Assembly (NCBI RefSeq): GCF_035084215.1
Contig: NC_090349.1
Location: 9,052,001-9,116,000, forward strand
Reading direction: 5' to 3'
Length of the DNA stretch: 64,000 nt
Origin: Heptranchias perlo
Taxonomy: Eukaryota
This document shows, piece after piece, positions 13,401 to 25,960 of the stretch. Position 1 is the stretch's first letter, and every line of letters starts with the position of its first letter. The notes beneath the pieces were generated by a model. It made no database searches. It had not been told where the DNA came from and worked only from the letters and a program-made list of their open reading frames with translations. Both the position numbers and the translations under genes were made by a program.

Positions 13401-14120
13401 AGAAAAGTTTTAAAATCATGTTGCCCTTGCACATAGTTACTTCCACATTTGGGAGGACTTTGACCCTGTGGGTACAACAGCCGTCCAACGGGGGAAGTTA
13501 GTCGGTAGCAAAGTACAGAGTGTCCAAGATGATAGACAGTTGACACGTCAGACCAAGACTGTGTAGAGCATACGGAGCATATGTGTATTGAGCAAACATT
13601 GATATTTTTGATGCGAGGTGAAGTCCCAGATATTGTAAGGGACTATGACCTTGTTTGGTGGTATTCTAAGGGAAATTGTGAAGCAAATGTGAGGATTGAA
13701 TTTCCACCTGTACCAACAATCCACAATCTGGGGGACACTACTATTCACTCAATTGGTCAAGTTTGCGATCATTTGCCCTATCCTAATCCGTCGTGAGTTA
13801 CTACCCAAGTACCTACCGAATTGGCAGAACCACATTCCGTGGGATATCTAGAGGGAAAAATGTATAAGCAAAAAGTAAATTTTCCCAAGTTAATGGTGTA
13901 TGACAGGAAAACTGGGAGGTGCCCATTTGGACATTTGTGTCAAGCAGTGGAACCGATACCTATGCCGATGTAATATTTCAAAGATGATAACTGGTTTAAT
14001 AAACTAAGTAAATGTATTGATACATTGGACCAAACTGGGAACTTATAATCCATGTTTAAGGGGTAATGATTTATGGTTCATTGGACAGTATGGTTCCTCC
14101 ACGACTCACAACCAATATGA
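10490..14120 (+). mobile_element. Degraded internal region of the LTR element/ERV (no pol motifs recognised, no 3' LTR)
   Basis: Follows the PBS and ends abruptly at the Harbinger Myb remnant. Short ORFs at 11336 and 13581 may be gag/env relics (unverified). Confidence 0.45.
10598..11326. mobile_element. Non-autonomous DNA transposon (MITE) nested in the ERV
   Basis: Terminal inverted repeats TGGCCCGGAAATTGC ... GTAATTTCTGGGCCA (13/15 match). Confidence 0.7.
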
Positions 14121-14296
14121 AATCCTTGCCTTCCTTGGGACTATGAATGTGGCACTCAGTGCCTCGGCCACCTCCATCAACACCGGCCTCCTGGCCGCAT
14201 ATGAGGGCTGGGATCTTGGGAATCCAAGGAGCTGGTCATGCCTTCCATCGATGTCGTCCACGAGGGCTATCAAATCTCTCCTGTGATTCGGTCATC
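14121..14296 (-). pseudogene. Harbinger Myb/SANT-like DNA-binding protein fragment
   Basis: The minus strand reads DLIALVDDIDGRHDQLLG...RRPVLMEVAEALSATFIVPRK, parallel to LEALLGAVRSKREVL...WLELADQVSSRSIVPQ at 22640. Confidence 0.65.
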
Positions 14297-15699
14297 TTTT
14301 TTTTTTCGTTCATGGGATGTGGGCATCACTGGCGAGGCCAGCATTTATTGCCCGTCCCTAATTGCCATTAAGAAGGTGGTGGTGAGCCGCCTTATTGAAC
14401 CGCTGCAGTCCGTGTGGTGACGGTTCTCCCACAGTGCTGTTAGGAAGGAAGTTCCAGGATTTTGACCCAGCGACGATGAAGGAACGGCGATATATTTCCA
14501 AGTTGGGATGGTGTGTGACTTGGAGGGGAACGTGCAGGTGATGTTGTTCCCATGTGTCTGCTGCTCTTGTCCTTCTAGGTGGTACAGGTCGCGGGTTTGA
14601 GAGGTGCGGTCGAAGAAGCCTTCGCAAGTTGCTGCAGTGCATCCTGTGGATGGTGCACACTGCAGCCACTGTGCGCCGGTGGTGAAGGGAGTGAATGTTT
14701 AGGGTGGTGGATGGGGTGCCAATCAAGCGGGCTGCTTTGTCCTGGATGGTGTCGAGCTTCTTGAGTGTTGTTGGAGTTGCACTCATCCAGGCAAGTGGAG
14801 AGTATTCCATCACACTCCTGACTTGTGCCTTGTAGATGGTGGAAAGGCTTTGGAGAGTCAGGAGATGAGTCACTCGCCGCAGAATACCCAGCCTCTCAGC
14901 CGCTCTTGTAGCCACAGTATTTATATGGCTGGTCCAGTTAAGTTTCTGGTCAATGGTGGCCCCCCAGGATGTTGATGGTGGGGGATTCGGCGATGGTAAT
15001 GCCGTTGAATGTCAAGGGGAGATGGTTAGACTCTCTCTTGTTGGAGATGGTCATTGCCTAGCACTTGTCTGGCACGAATGTTACTTGCCACTTATGATTC
15101 CAAGCCTGGATGTTGTCCAGGTCTTGCTGCATGCGGGCTCGGACTGCTTCATTATTTGAGGGGTTGCGAATGGAACTGAACACTGTGCAATCATCAGGGC
15201 ACATCCCCATTTCTGACCTTGTGATGGAGGGAAGGTCATTGATGAAGCAGCTGAAGATGGTTGGGTCTCAGACACTGCCCTCAGGAACTCCTGCAGCAAT
15301 GTCCTAGGGCTGAGATGATTGGCCTCCAACAACCACGACCATCTTCCTTTGTGGTAGATATGACTCCAGCCACTGGAGATTTTTCCCTCTGATTCCCATT
15401 GACTTCAATTTTACTAGGGCTCCTTGGTGCCACACTCGGTCAAATGCTGCCTTGATGTCAAGGGCATTCACTCTCACCTCACCTCTGGAATTCAGCTCTT
15501 TTGTCCATGTTTGGACCAAGGCTGTAATGAGGTCTGGAGCCGAGTGGTCCTGGCGGAACCCAAACTGAGCATCGGTGAGCAAGTTATTGGTGAGTAAGTG
15601 CCGCTTGATAGCACTGTCGACGACACCTTCCATCACTTTGCTGATAATTGAGAGTGGACTGATGGGGCGGTAATTGGCCGGATTGGATTTGTCCTGCTT
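14297..15699 (-). mobile_element. 5'-truncated LINE family B copy
   Basis: Poly(T) at 14297-14306. The minus-strand ORFs are nearly identical to the element at 319-1873. Confidence 0.93.
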
Positions 15700-17269
15700 C
15701 CTCTGAGAATGGAAAAGTTCGAAACAATTGAGACTCTGTACGGAGCAATCTAGGTGAATTGATTTAAAATCTTGATGACAGAGCTGTGTGCTGCTTACTT
15801 TGCAATCCCCAGCCTCACCCTGAAGAGTTCTTTTTTTCTCCCTTTTTTCGTCCTCCACCCTAGCACCTTGAGCCCCATTGGTTCAGTTCCAATTATGTTT
15901 GAACCATGCTGGTCAATTAAACGGAGTTACGACCATTTTAAGTTAGCGCGTATGCTAATAAGATTGTCATGCAATTTGAGCTTAACTTGACATCTGCAAG
16001 GATTTAGGCAAATTTTCGGGTCTACCTTCCATGTTGCGCCCGTGCATCTCTATGTTCATGTCAGGCATGAGAGTTTGCTCGCCAACTTTCTCCCCTCACC
16101 TCCTCCCCTCTCCAAAATGGATTCATTTCTTTCGCTCATAGATACCTCGCCCGAGTAGCCACGATGAAAATGTGATCTTGATGACGCATGTTGACGGGTC
16201 AATTGGATTGCAGTCGGCATCACAGCCCAGCCGACCCCTCAAAATAGCATCATTGATACTTCAGAAGGAAATGCCGGATGACGACCAGGAAGGGGCAACT
16301 TGGACAATCCCCCCTCCTCCACTCCAGTCCAGGAAGAGAGAAAGCAACTGTAGCCCTGTATTAGTTCCGACTGAGATCAATTAACTCAACACAGACCGGC
16401 GATTGAATCTAGGAACTTACTACTCACTGTATACAATCCCTGCTTCATCAGGCAACCTTCGATGTGTCTTTACACGATAGCAATACATTTGCGTATCTGG
16501 CAATTCATCGATAAAGATGACAAATAAAATTGGGTTGAACATGTTCATTCTTCAAGTGCTTCACCATTGGTGTTGCGATGAATATTAACAGTCAATCACA
16601 TATTTGTTGTTTGACAAAATTCCCGAACGGCCAAATGATTGACACGGATAGCATCACTCCATTACATGAAGATTGTCCGAAATTACCTACATTTCCTTTT
16701 ATCTGAGAGCATTGTTCACACTATCAGTGGTAATGGTCGTGATACCAGATTGAAGGGCAGGCGGGTACATGACAGCCCGATATCCGCAGTAGTGTGATCG
16801 TCGGCAATAACAAACCACGCAATCAATGCAACTCCTGCTCGTTGCTATGAGCACACTGGAGAAAGACCTACAATAAAATGACACCCGTTGGATTCCGTTG
16901 ATGCTTTCGCAACATTCAGAGGCCCCAACACACAGGTGTCATGCACCGCAGCTAGTTACTAACTAAAGTTAAAAGAAAAGAATGATTTCACGAAGTCAAA
17001 ATACGAGCGCAAAACCTTGTGAGACAAGCCGTGCCCGTCAAGGGTGAGGGGAAGAGAAAAATCAGACCGAAGAAGACTGAGAGATGTGTGTGTTTGTGTG
17101 TATGTGCGTGCTTGTTGGGGGTGGGGTGGGGTGCGAGGGAAGCAGAGCGGGAGTGACACAGACGGGATAGAGAAATGGGAGAGTGAGGAGCAGGAGACGG
17201 GGAGTTGTGGGGACAAAGAAACGGAGGTACAGGGAGAAAGTGAACGCAATGTAGGAGAAAGAAAAGAAA

Positions 17270-17668
17270 GACTAGCATTTATATAGCACCTGTTCACGTT
17301 GTCAGGAATCCCGAAGTGGTTCCAGCCAGTGAAATACATTTTTGTAAGTATAGTCATTGTTATGTTGGCAACTGCCTGAGGCAATTTGCGTACAATAGGA
17401 TCCCACAGGTAGCAATGAGATGAATGTCCAGTTAATCTGTTTCGGTGATGTTGTTTCAGGGATAATTCTTAGCTAAGATACCCAGGGAGCTTTCTGATCT
17501 TTGTCAAAACGTGCGATAGGGTCTTTCAGGTTTACGTGAACAGGCAGACGGGCCTCGGTTATTCTCTGACAATTCAGCTCCCCCTCAATACTGTACCGAA
17601 ATATTAGTCCAGGTCAAGTGATCAAGTCCTGAGGCTTGAAACCCACAACCTTCTCACTCAAGAGCGGG
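17270..17668 (-). mobile_element. tRNA-derived SINE with L2-type tail (DeuSINE/SacSINE1-like)
   Basis: The tail reads GCATTTATATAGC on +, the central part CCCACA..AGCAATGAGAT..CAGTTAATCTG, and the head has a B-box-like TTGAAACCC. Family name is from recall. Confidence 0.65.
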
Positions 17669-17907
17669 GCGATCAAGGGGCAGAGAGGTATTAAGGTGGG
17701 GAGAGAAATAGAGATTAACAAGGAGGCGTGTTCTCAAGGTGGGTGGGAGAAGGGCAAGGAATCAATAATCGGCTGGAAAACCCGGAGAAAAAAATAAGAA
17801 CATAAGAACATAAGAAATAGGAGCAGGAGTAGGCCAATCGGCCCCTCGAGCCTGCTCCGCCATTCAATAAGATCATGGCTGATCTGATCCTAACCTCAAA
17901 TTTAAAT

Positions 17908-20714
17908 TCATGTCCAATTTCCTTCCCGCTCCCCATAACCCCTAATTCCCTTTACTTCTAGGAAACTGTCTATTTCTGTTTTAAATTTATTTAATGATGT
18001 AGCTTCCACAGCTTCCTGGGGCAGCAAATTCCACAGACCTACTACCCTCTGAGTGAAGAAGTTTCTCCTCATCTCAGTTTTGAAAGAGCAGCCCCTTCTT
18101 ATATGTTTCAATAAGATCGCCCCTCATTCTTCTGAACTCCAATGAGTAGAGTCCCAATCTACTCAACCTCTCCTCATATGTTCGCCCCCTCATCCCCGGG
18201 ATTAACCGAGTGAACCTTCTTTGTACTGCCTCGAGAGCAAATATGTCTTTTCTTAAGTATGGACACCAAAACTGTATGCAGTATTCCAGGTGCGGTCTCA
18301 CCAATACCTTATATAACTGCAGCAATACCTCCCTGTTTTTATATTCTATCCCCCTAGCAATAAAAGCCAACATTCCGTTGGCCTTCTTGATCACCTGCTG
18401 CACCTGCATACTAACTTTTTGATTTTCTTGCACTAGGACCCCCAGATCCCTTTGTACTGCAGTACTTTCCAGTTTCTCGCCATTAAGATAATAACTTGCT
18501 CTCTGATTTTTCCTGCTAAAGTGCATAACCTCACATTTTCCAATATTGTATTGCATCTGCCAAATCTCCCCCACTCACCCAGACTGTCTATATCCCCTTG
18601 TAGTTTTTTTATGTCCCCCCCACTCTCTACCTTCCCTCCCATCTTTGTATCATCTGCAAACTTTGATATGTTACACCCGGTCCCCTCCTCCAAATCGTTA
18701 ATATAGATTGTAAAGAGTTGGGGACCCAGCACCGACCCCTGCGGAACACCACTGGCCACTGGTTGCCAGTCCAAGAATGAACCATTTATCCCAACTCTCT
18801 GCTTCCTGTTAGATAACCAATCCTCCACCCATGCCAGAATATTACCCCCAATCCAGTGATTCTTTATCTTGAGCAATAATATTTTATGTGGCACCTTGTG
18901 GAATGCCTTCTGGAAGTCCAAATACACTACGTCCACTGGTTCCTCTTTATCCACCCTGTACGTTATGTCCTCAAAGAACTCAAGCAAATTTGTCAGACAT
19001 GACTTCCCCTTCATAAAGCCATTCTGACTTTGTCCTATTAAATTATGTTTATCCAAATGTTCCGCTACTGTCTCCTTAATAATATACTACAAAATTTTAC
19101 CCACCACAGATGTTAGGCTAACTGGTCTATAATTTCCAGCCTTCTGCCTACTACCCTTTTTAAATAAGGGTGTTACATTAGCAGTTTTCCAATCTGCCGG
19201 GACCTTTGCCGAGTCCAGAGAATTTTGGAAAATTATTACCAAAGCATCCACAATCCCTACTGCCAGTTCCCTCAAGACCCTAGGATGTAAGCCATCAGGT
19301 CCAGGGGATTTATCCGCCTTGAGTCCCATTAATTTACTGAGTACCAATTCCTTAGTGATTTTAATCGTATTTAGCTCCTCCTTCCCTCGAGCCCCCTGTT
19401 TGTCCAGTGTTGGGATATTCTTAGTGTCCTCTACTGTAAAGACTGAAACAAAATATTTGTTCAGCATTTTTGCCAACTCCATGTTTCCCACCATTAACTT
19501 CCCGGTTTCATCCTCTAAGGGACCTACGTTTGCCTTAGCCAGCCTTTTCCTTTTTATATAACTGTAGAAAATCTTGCTATCTGTTTTTATATTTTTTGCT
19601 AATTTATTTTCATAATCTATCTTCCCTTTCTTAGTCAATCCTTTAGTTACTTTTTGCTGTCTTTTGAAGACTTCCCAATATTCTATCCTTCCACTAAGTT
19701 TGGCTACCTTATATGTCCTTGTTTTTAGTCGGATACTATCCTTAATTTCTTTACTTAGCCACGGATGGCTGTCATTTCTTTTACACCCTTTTTTCCTCAG
19801 TGGAATATATATTTTTTGAAAGTTGTAAAATAACTCCTTAAATGAACACCACTGCTCATGTACCATCTTACCCTTTAATCTATTTTCTCAGTCCACTTTA
19901 ATCAATTCCGCTCTCATACCATCATAGTCTCCTTTATTCAAGCTCAGTACGCTTGTTTGAGAACCAACCTTCTCACCCTCTAATTGGATATGGAATGTAA
20001 CCATGTTATGGTCACTCATTCCGAGGGGATCCTTATCTAGGACATTATTAATTAATACTGGCTCATTACACAGGACCAGGTCCAAGGTTGCCTACCCCCT
20101 TGTCGGATCAGTTACATACTGCTCAAGAAATCCACCCCTAATACACTCAATAAACTCTTCCTCAAGGCTGCCCTGCCCAATTTGATTTGTCCAGTTAATG
20201 TGATAGTTAAAATCCCCCATAATTATAGCTGTTCCCTTATTACATGCCCCGACTATTTCCTGATTAATACTTCTTCCAGCAGAGTTGCAACTATTAGGAG
20301 GCATATATACTACGCCCACTAGTGTTTTTTCCCCTTATTATTCCTTATCTCTACCCAAACTGTTTCATTATCCTGATCCTTTGTCCCAATATCATTTCTC
20401 TGTATTACAGTGATTCCTTCCTTTATTAACATAGCCACCCCACCTCCCCTTCCTTCCTTCCTGTCCTTCCTGATTGTTAAATACCCTGGCATATTTAATT
20501 CCCAGTCGTTATCACCCTGCAGCCATGTTTCTGTAATGGCCACAAGATCACACCCATACGTAGTTATTTGTGCCGTTAACTCGTCCATTTTGTTATGAAT
20601 GCTACGTGCTTTCAGATAAAGAACTTTCAAATATGTTTTGTGACACTTAGTTCCTGCTTTTTCCTTTTTTAACACTTTACCTTTTACTCCATACCTTCTG
20701 TCCCTTCCTGACAC
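17908..20714 (-). pseudogene. CR1 ORF2 (APE endonuclease + reverse transcriptase), frameshifted
   Basis: [45 protein letters not shown] and FADDTK in several frames. Confidence 0.92.
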
Positions 20715-20983
20715 GCTTTCCTCTGTCTCCCTGCTCAGGTTCCCAACCCCCTGCCACAGCTTTGATGCTGGGTTAATCGCCTTATGCCTTCTAGTTTTTA
20801 TTTTATCTGTCGTGCCTAAAGTACACTTTCTTTCCGCTGCTCTACGCTTTTCCCTTTCACTTGTTCTTGAACAACTGTTTGTACTATTTGTATTGTAGAT
20901 TTCCCCTGGGTCTTCCCCTCTCTTGCTGCTCTCAACTTTATTCCCTTCTGACTCCCCGCTCAGGTTCCTATCCCCCTGCCACT

Positions 20984-21936
20984 CTAGTTTAAACCTTCCC
21001 CAACAGCACTAGCAAACACCCCCGCGAGGACATTGGTCCCGGTCCTGCTCGGGTGTAACCCGTCACGCTTGTACAGGTCCCACCTTCCCCAGAACCGGTC
21101 CCAATGTCCCAGGAATCTAAATCCCTCCCTCCTACACCATCCCTGCAGCCACGCATTCATCCTTTCTATTCTCCTGTTCCTTTACTCACTAGCACCTGGC
21201 ACCGGTAGTAATCCTGAGATCACTACCTTTGAAGTCCTGCTTTTTAATTTATCTCCTAACTCCTTAAATTCACCTTGCAGGACCTCATCCCTTTTTTTTT
21301 ACCTATGTCGTTGGTACCGATATGGACCACGACTACCGGCTGTTCACCCTTCCCCTCCAGAATGCCCTGCAGCCGCTCCATGACATCCTTGACCCTAGCA
21401 CCAGGGAGGCAACATACCATCCTGGAGTCACGTTTGCGGCCACAGAAACGCTTACAGGTTCCCCTTACAATTGAATCCCCTATCACTATAGCCCTGCCAC
21501 TCTTCCTCCTCCCCTCCTGTGCAGCAGAGCCACCCGTGGTGCCCTGAACCTGGCTCTTGCTGCTTTCCCCTGATAAGCCATCTCCCCCAAAAGTATTTAA
21601 AGCAGAATATCTATTTGAGAGGGAGATGGCCCCAGGGGACTCCTGCTCTACCTGCCTAGTCCGTTTGCTCTGCCTGACGCTCACCCATTTCCTTTCTGCC
21701 TGCGGAATCTTTACCTGCGGTGTGACCACCTCACTGAACGTGCTATCCAAGATAGTCTCAGCATCGCGGATGCGCCACAGTGAATCCACCCGCAGCTCCA
21801 GCTCTGAAAGACGGTTAGCCAGTAGCTGCAGCTGGACACACTTCCTGCACACATGGTCGCCAGGGACACTGGTGGTGTCCATGAATTCCCACATAGTGCA
21901 GGAGGAGCATATCACTGGTGCGAACTGTGCTGCCAT
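20984..21936 (-). pseudogene. CR1 ORF1 (zinc finger + coiled coil + SGNH esterase), frameshift in an A-run
   Basis: CSSC..HVCRKC, VIGDSIVRG, CCLPGARV and VHIGTNDIG. Ends GEGLN*. Confidence 0.9.
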
Positions 21937-22171
21937 GACTTGCCTTAGACTCTCAGACTCTCCTCCCGCTCTCGGTCTCTCCTTTTATACTGTGCTCACC
22001 TCTCAGACTCTCCTGCCTCATCTGTGTCGTGGCACAGTAGTTGTCTCTTGTTGCAGGTCTGCTGCTGCTTTTATTCCCCAATCTCAGTCTTCTGCTCTCA
22101 GGTCCACTGCCACTCTGGGGAAAAAGTTAGGAAAAGCAAGGCAAAGCAGTACCTTATTCCCCCACTTCACC

Positions 22172-22504
22172 GAACTCCCACATGTATCAAACTCTCAGCA
22201 GTTCACACTGTGTTGTCCGCTCACCGTGCTGTCGCACTGACAGGCCCCTGTATTTCTACAGTTTGTGACTCAGATGAGTCAGACCTGCCCCACCTTCAAG
22301 TACCAGTTTAATCTAGCTAACCAATTAACTTGCTACAGCAGCTCTCTCTGCTGAAGCCTGACAGAAACTTAAAAATTTAAACTTTAATATTGAACTTAAA
22401 CAGTTGAAAGCAATATGCACTAGATTTTAAAGAGATTAACCCTTAAACTCCCACACGTACCAAACTCTCAGCAGTTCACACTGTGTTGTCCGCACACCGT
22501 GCTG
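22172..22504. repeat. About 60-bp direct repeat pair in the CR1 5' UTR
   Basis: AACTCCCACA(C/T)GTA(C/T)CAAACTCTCAGCAGTTCACACTGTGTTGTCCGC(A/T)CACCGTGCTG at about 22173 and 22446. Confidence 0.85.
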
Positions 22505-22639
22505 CTTCCCGAGCGATCGCGACTCAATTAGAGCCACTTAACTCAGCTTTCCGGTTTCGTGTCCTCAAGCTGTGCAGCGGGCGGACTGCGCACCCGTATG
22601 ACGCATTTAAAGCCCACTATTTAAAGGGCGACTCCAGCA

Positions 22640-24478
22640 ATGTATTTTGAAGGAGAAAGGGGGAAAAATAGTGGGGAAAGTCGTGGAGGGAAGCCAGCGA
22701 CTAGGTTCTCTGACTCCGCCCTGGAAGCATTGCTGGGCGCAGTAAGAAGCAAGAGGGAGGTGCTGTACACAGCAGACCGCAGCAAGAAACCTGGCTGTGT
22801 CACCAAGAAGGCGTGGCTGGAGTTGGCGGACCAAGTGAGCAGCAGAAGCATTGTGCCCCAGTCGCAGCTTCAATGCAGAAAGAGATTTAATGACCTAACC
22901 AGGTCAGGAAAAGTGAGTGCAGTTACTGATTGACCTGCATTCCTGCATCCCCCCCCCCACCCCCTTACACTGCCCTGTAAAGCCTACTCCATCACATCAC
23001 TCCTCACACCCATTTAGGATTCAGTCTCAAATCACCTTCACTTTCTGTGCAATTCTTCACCTCCCCCCATTTGTGCACCCACCTCTCCCACTCACCCCAA
23101 TCCGGATGAATTGTGAGCAATCTGTCTGATAGTCACCCCCTGATGCATCTGCTTCATTGCCATCCTGACCCAAAGCATTGCATCCATCGGGTGACCATAT
23201 CACCCTCACTCACTCACACGTCTGTACTTCCCACCTTGTAGAAGAAGAGAGTGCAAAATGCAAGGGAGAGGGTGAGGACTGGAGGGGTGCATCCACAAAT
23301 CGTGGGCTTCATAGAGGCACAGGAAGAGGCCTTCTATATAAGCCGGAGTGCCTGGCCACCGGGGGTACTGAGACTGGCTCCCTACAAACGTCTGGTGACA
23401 GAACTTGAACATCCCCCACACACAACATGGATTGACTTTATCAATGATTGATCTGTTGCACACCTCAGTATGCTCATCGCAACATTACTTCTGCAATGAT
23501 TATTAATATTGCTATATGTTTTCTTCCAGGGGCATCATGGACCAAAGACGTGGTTGACAGCAATTCCTCAGAGGAGCTCCCTGCCTCTGAGGGTGCATTG
23601 TCACATCTTAGCGAGCCATCCTCCGGGTATTCATATCTAGTTGGTCCTATTAGACAGGTAGTTAGGTTGTCACCTGGTGAATCAACATGCACAAGTGAGC
23701 ACGAGTAGACACTGGTGGCAGGGGCAGCAGTGGAGAGTCCACATTGGCGGGCACATTCCTCTCCAGGCTCTGCTCAGCTTGGCACAGATGCTGAACCCCG
23801 GGGGCCATCCTTGAAAAGGAGAATGATAGAGGTACAGGAGCAAATTTGTGAGGTAGTGGAAAACGTGCCATGCATACTCAACAGAACAGCCAAGAGGATG
23901 GAGTAGTCCAACTCCATCGCTAGTAGATTGGTGGTGCAGGTACATGAGGGAATGTCAGCAATGGGGAGAATGGCAGCCTCCATTGAACTTCAAGCACGGC
24001 TCATAAATGAATCCATTCAGGCCCTGGCAACGGTCGTGCAGACTCAGGGCAAACTATATTATGTTGCCTTAGACAGGCAGACATCAGCACTGGCCTTACA
24101 AGCTATCACACGTGTCCTCCAAACTATTGTCCAGCAGAGTTGTAGGAGTAATGTGGCCCTGGCACAGGAAAGGGATGATGATGAAAGGGGACATGGAATT
24201 GGGGACTCCACTCCCATGTCTCACCCGTTGCACTCCCTCCCTCACAACTGGTACCCACAATGCTGCCTCCTCTCCAGATGGCCGAGTCTGCCCCTGCACA
24301 GGTGCAGGTGGAGCAGTCTTTGGAGGGGCCCTCATGGGCTCTAAAACCCAGAGGTCATAGGCCGAAAGTATCTATGCAGCCTGGGCATGAATTTGAGCAA
24401 CCTGCCACTACCTCTGCTGCAGCCACAGGGGATGCACCACGTATAAGCGTTAGGAAGAGGAAGTCAACAGTTTTGTAA
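22640..24478 (+). pseudogene. Harbinger Myb/SANT-like protein gene (multi-exon, degenerate)
   Basis: RFSDSALEALLGAV...KKAWLELADQV...QCRKRFNDL, then a GTGAGT donor. The C-terminal ORF ends RKRKSTVL*. Confidence 0.8.
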
Positions 24479-24799
24479 TCACCAAGGGTATGCACAAGGG
24501 TGTTTGACAGACTGTCATGTTTTTCATTTCTATTTGGTTTATGTAAACATCACATTAAATGTTATGATTCTCACCATCACTACTATGTCTTGCCCATTCT
24601 TGAGTTCCTTTTGTGAAAGCGCCCTTACATGTGGTTGCTCATGAAAGGCGAGTTGATGCCACCCATTGGGTACATTTGAAATGATTGTATATGTCGTTGT
24701 ATGACTGTTTTGTGCAACCTGAGGGGGTGGGGATTGTTGTTGTTGTGATCACTACAGGTGGTCTGAGTACTTGGCTGTAATCATTTTGCATATCTCCCT

Positions 24800-25960
24800 A
24801 TGAGAATCTATCAAGTATGAGTGACTCCCTGGCATGACGAGCAGCCAGATGAGATGTTGCTTCAATGATGGTTCGCCCATCGTCGTCGTCGTCCACCTCC
24901 TCCTCCTCCTTCAATCTTAATGGAAGGTGTGGCTGCTTGTGGAGCACATGGGACCTCATCCATCGGTAACCCTCTCTGTTGAGTGATGTTATGCAGGACG
25001 CAACACACGAGTATTATTCTGCACACCCTCGTCGGTGAGCACTTATGTGCTCCCCCAGATCGATCCAGGCACCGGAAGTGCATCTTCAGCAGTCCTATGG
25101 CTTGCTCTATGACAGACCTGGTGGTGCTGTGACTGTTGTTGTACCACTTCTGTGCTTCGGGGGTGGGATTCCTCGGGTGTCATGGGCTACGTCTGCAGGG
25201 GGTATCCCTTATCTCCAAGGAGCCATCCCTTAAGTGTGTCTTGTGCGTGGAAGAGGGGCGGGATGTTGGATTCATGCAGAACGAAGGAATCATAGCAGCT
25301 GCCTGGGAATTTGGCACACACCTGCAGAAACCTCTTTTAGTAGCCGCAAACCAGCTGTGCATTGACGGAGTGATATCCTTTTCTGTTAATGAACATTCCT
25401 GGCTTAAGCGGAGATGCTCGGATTGCTACGTGTATGCAATCAATTGTGGGAAGCCAGCCAGAGAGTGGAAACCCACTGTTCTCTCAGTCTAGCTGATGTT
25501 GTCAATGGGGAAGTTGATGTCGTGGGATGCCCTGGCAAACAAGCGATCCGTGACCTGTCATATACACTTATGAACAGACGACTGAGATATTCTGTTGATG
25601 TCACCGGTGGTGCCCTGTAAAGAGCTGGAGGTGGAGAAGTTGAAGGCAGTGGTGACTTTAACTGTGATGGGCAATGCATGGCCACCAGGCCCAGTAGGGT
25701 GCAGCTCTGCATGAAGGAGCCTACAGATGTCTGAGACCACTTGGCGACTTAATCTGAGCCTTCAAAGGCACTGCTCCTCAGAGAGGTCCAGGAAGCTCAG
25801 CCTCTGCCTGTAGACCCTCTCTTGAGGGGAGTGCCTCCAGCGACGTCGACCCCTCTCTGCTCTTCTGCAGGTCCCTGTGGCGCACCTCTCTCTTGTGGAG
25901 CTTCAACTCCCAGAACTGCAGACCATGCCTAGTGGGATGGTGATATGCCTCCCCATCCTT
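24800..25960 (-). pseudogene. Harbinger transposase pseudogene
   Basis: HALPITVKVTTAFNF...GDINRISQSSVHKCI, MHFRCLDRSGG and VCCVLHNI. Confidence 0.88.

Larger units (their letters stand above)
7870..16024 (+). mobile_element. Degenerate PIF/Harbinger DNA transposon 1, disrupted by ERV and LINE insertions
   Basis: Transposase remnant on + (8120-9230) converging on a Myb/SANT remnant on - (14121-14296). TIR-like GCAAATTTTCGGGTC at about 16008-16022. The left end was not found. Confidence 0.65.
17796..22510 (-). mobile_element. Near full-length CR1 LINE (5'UTR, ORF1, ORF2, (TTCTTATG)n tail)
   Basis: Contiguous ORF1, endonuclease and RT segments on the minus strand. Tail AAGAACATAAGAACATAAG at about 17796. 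Confidence 0.95.
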
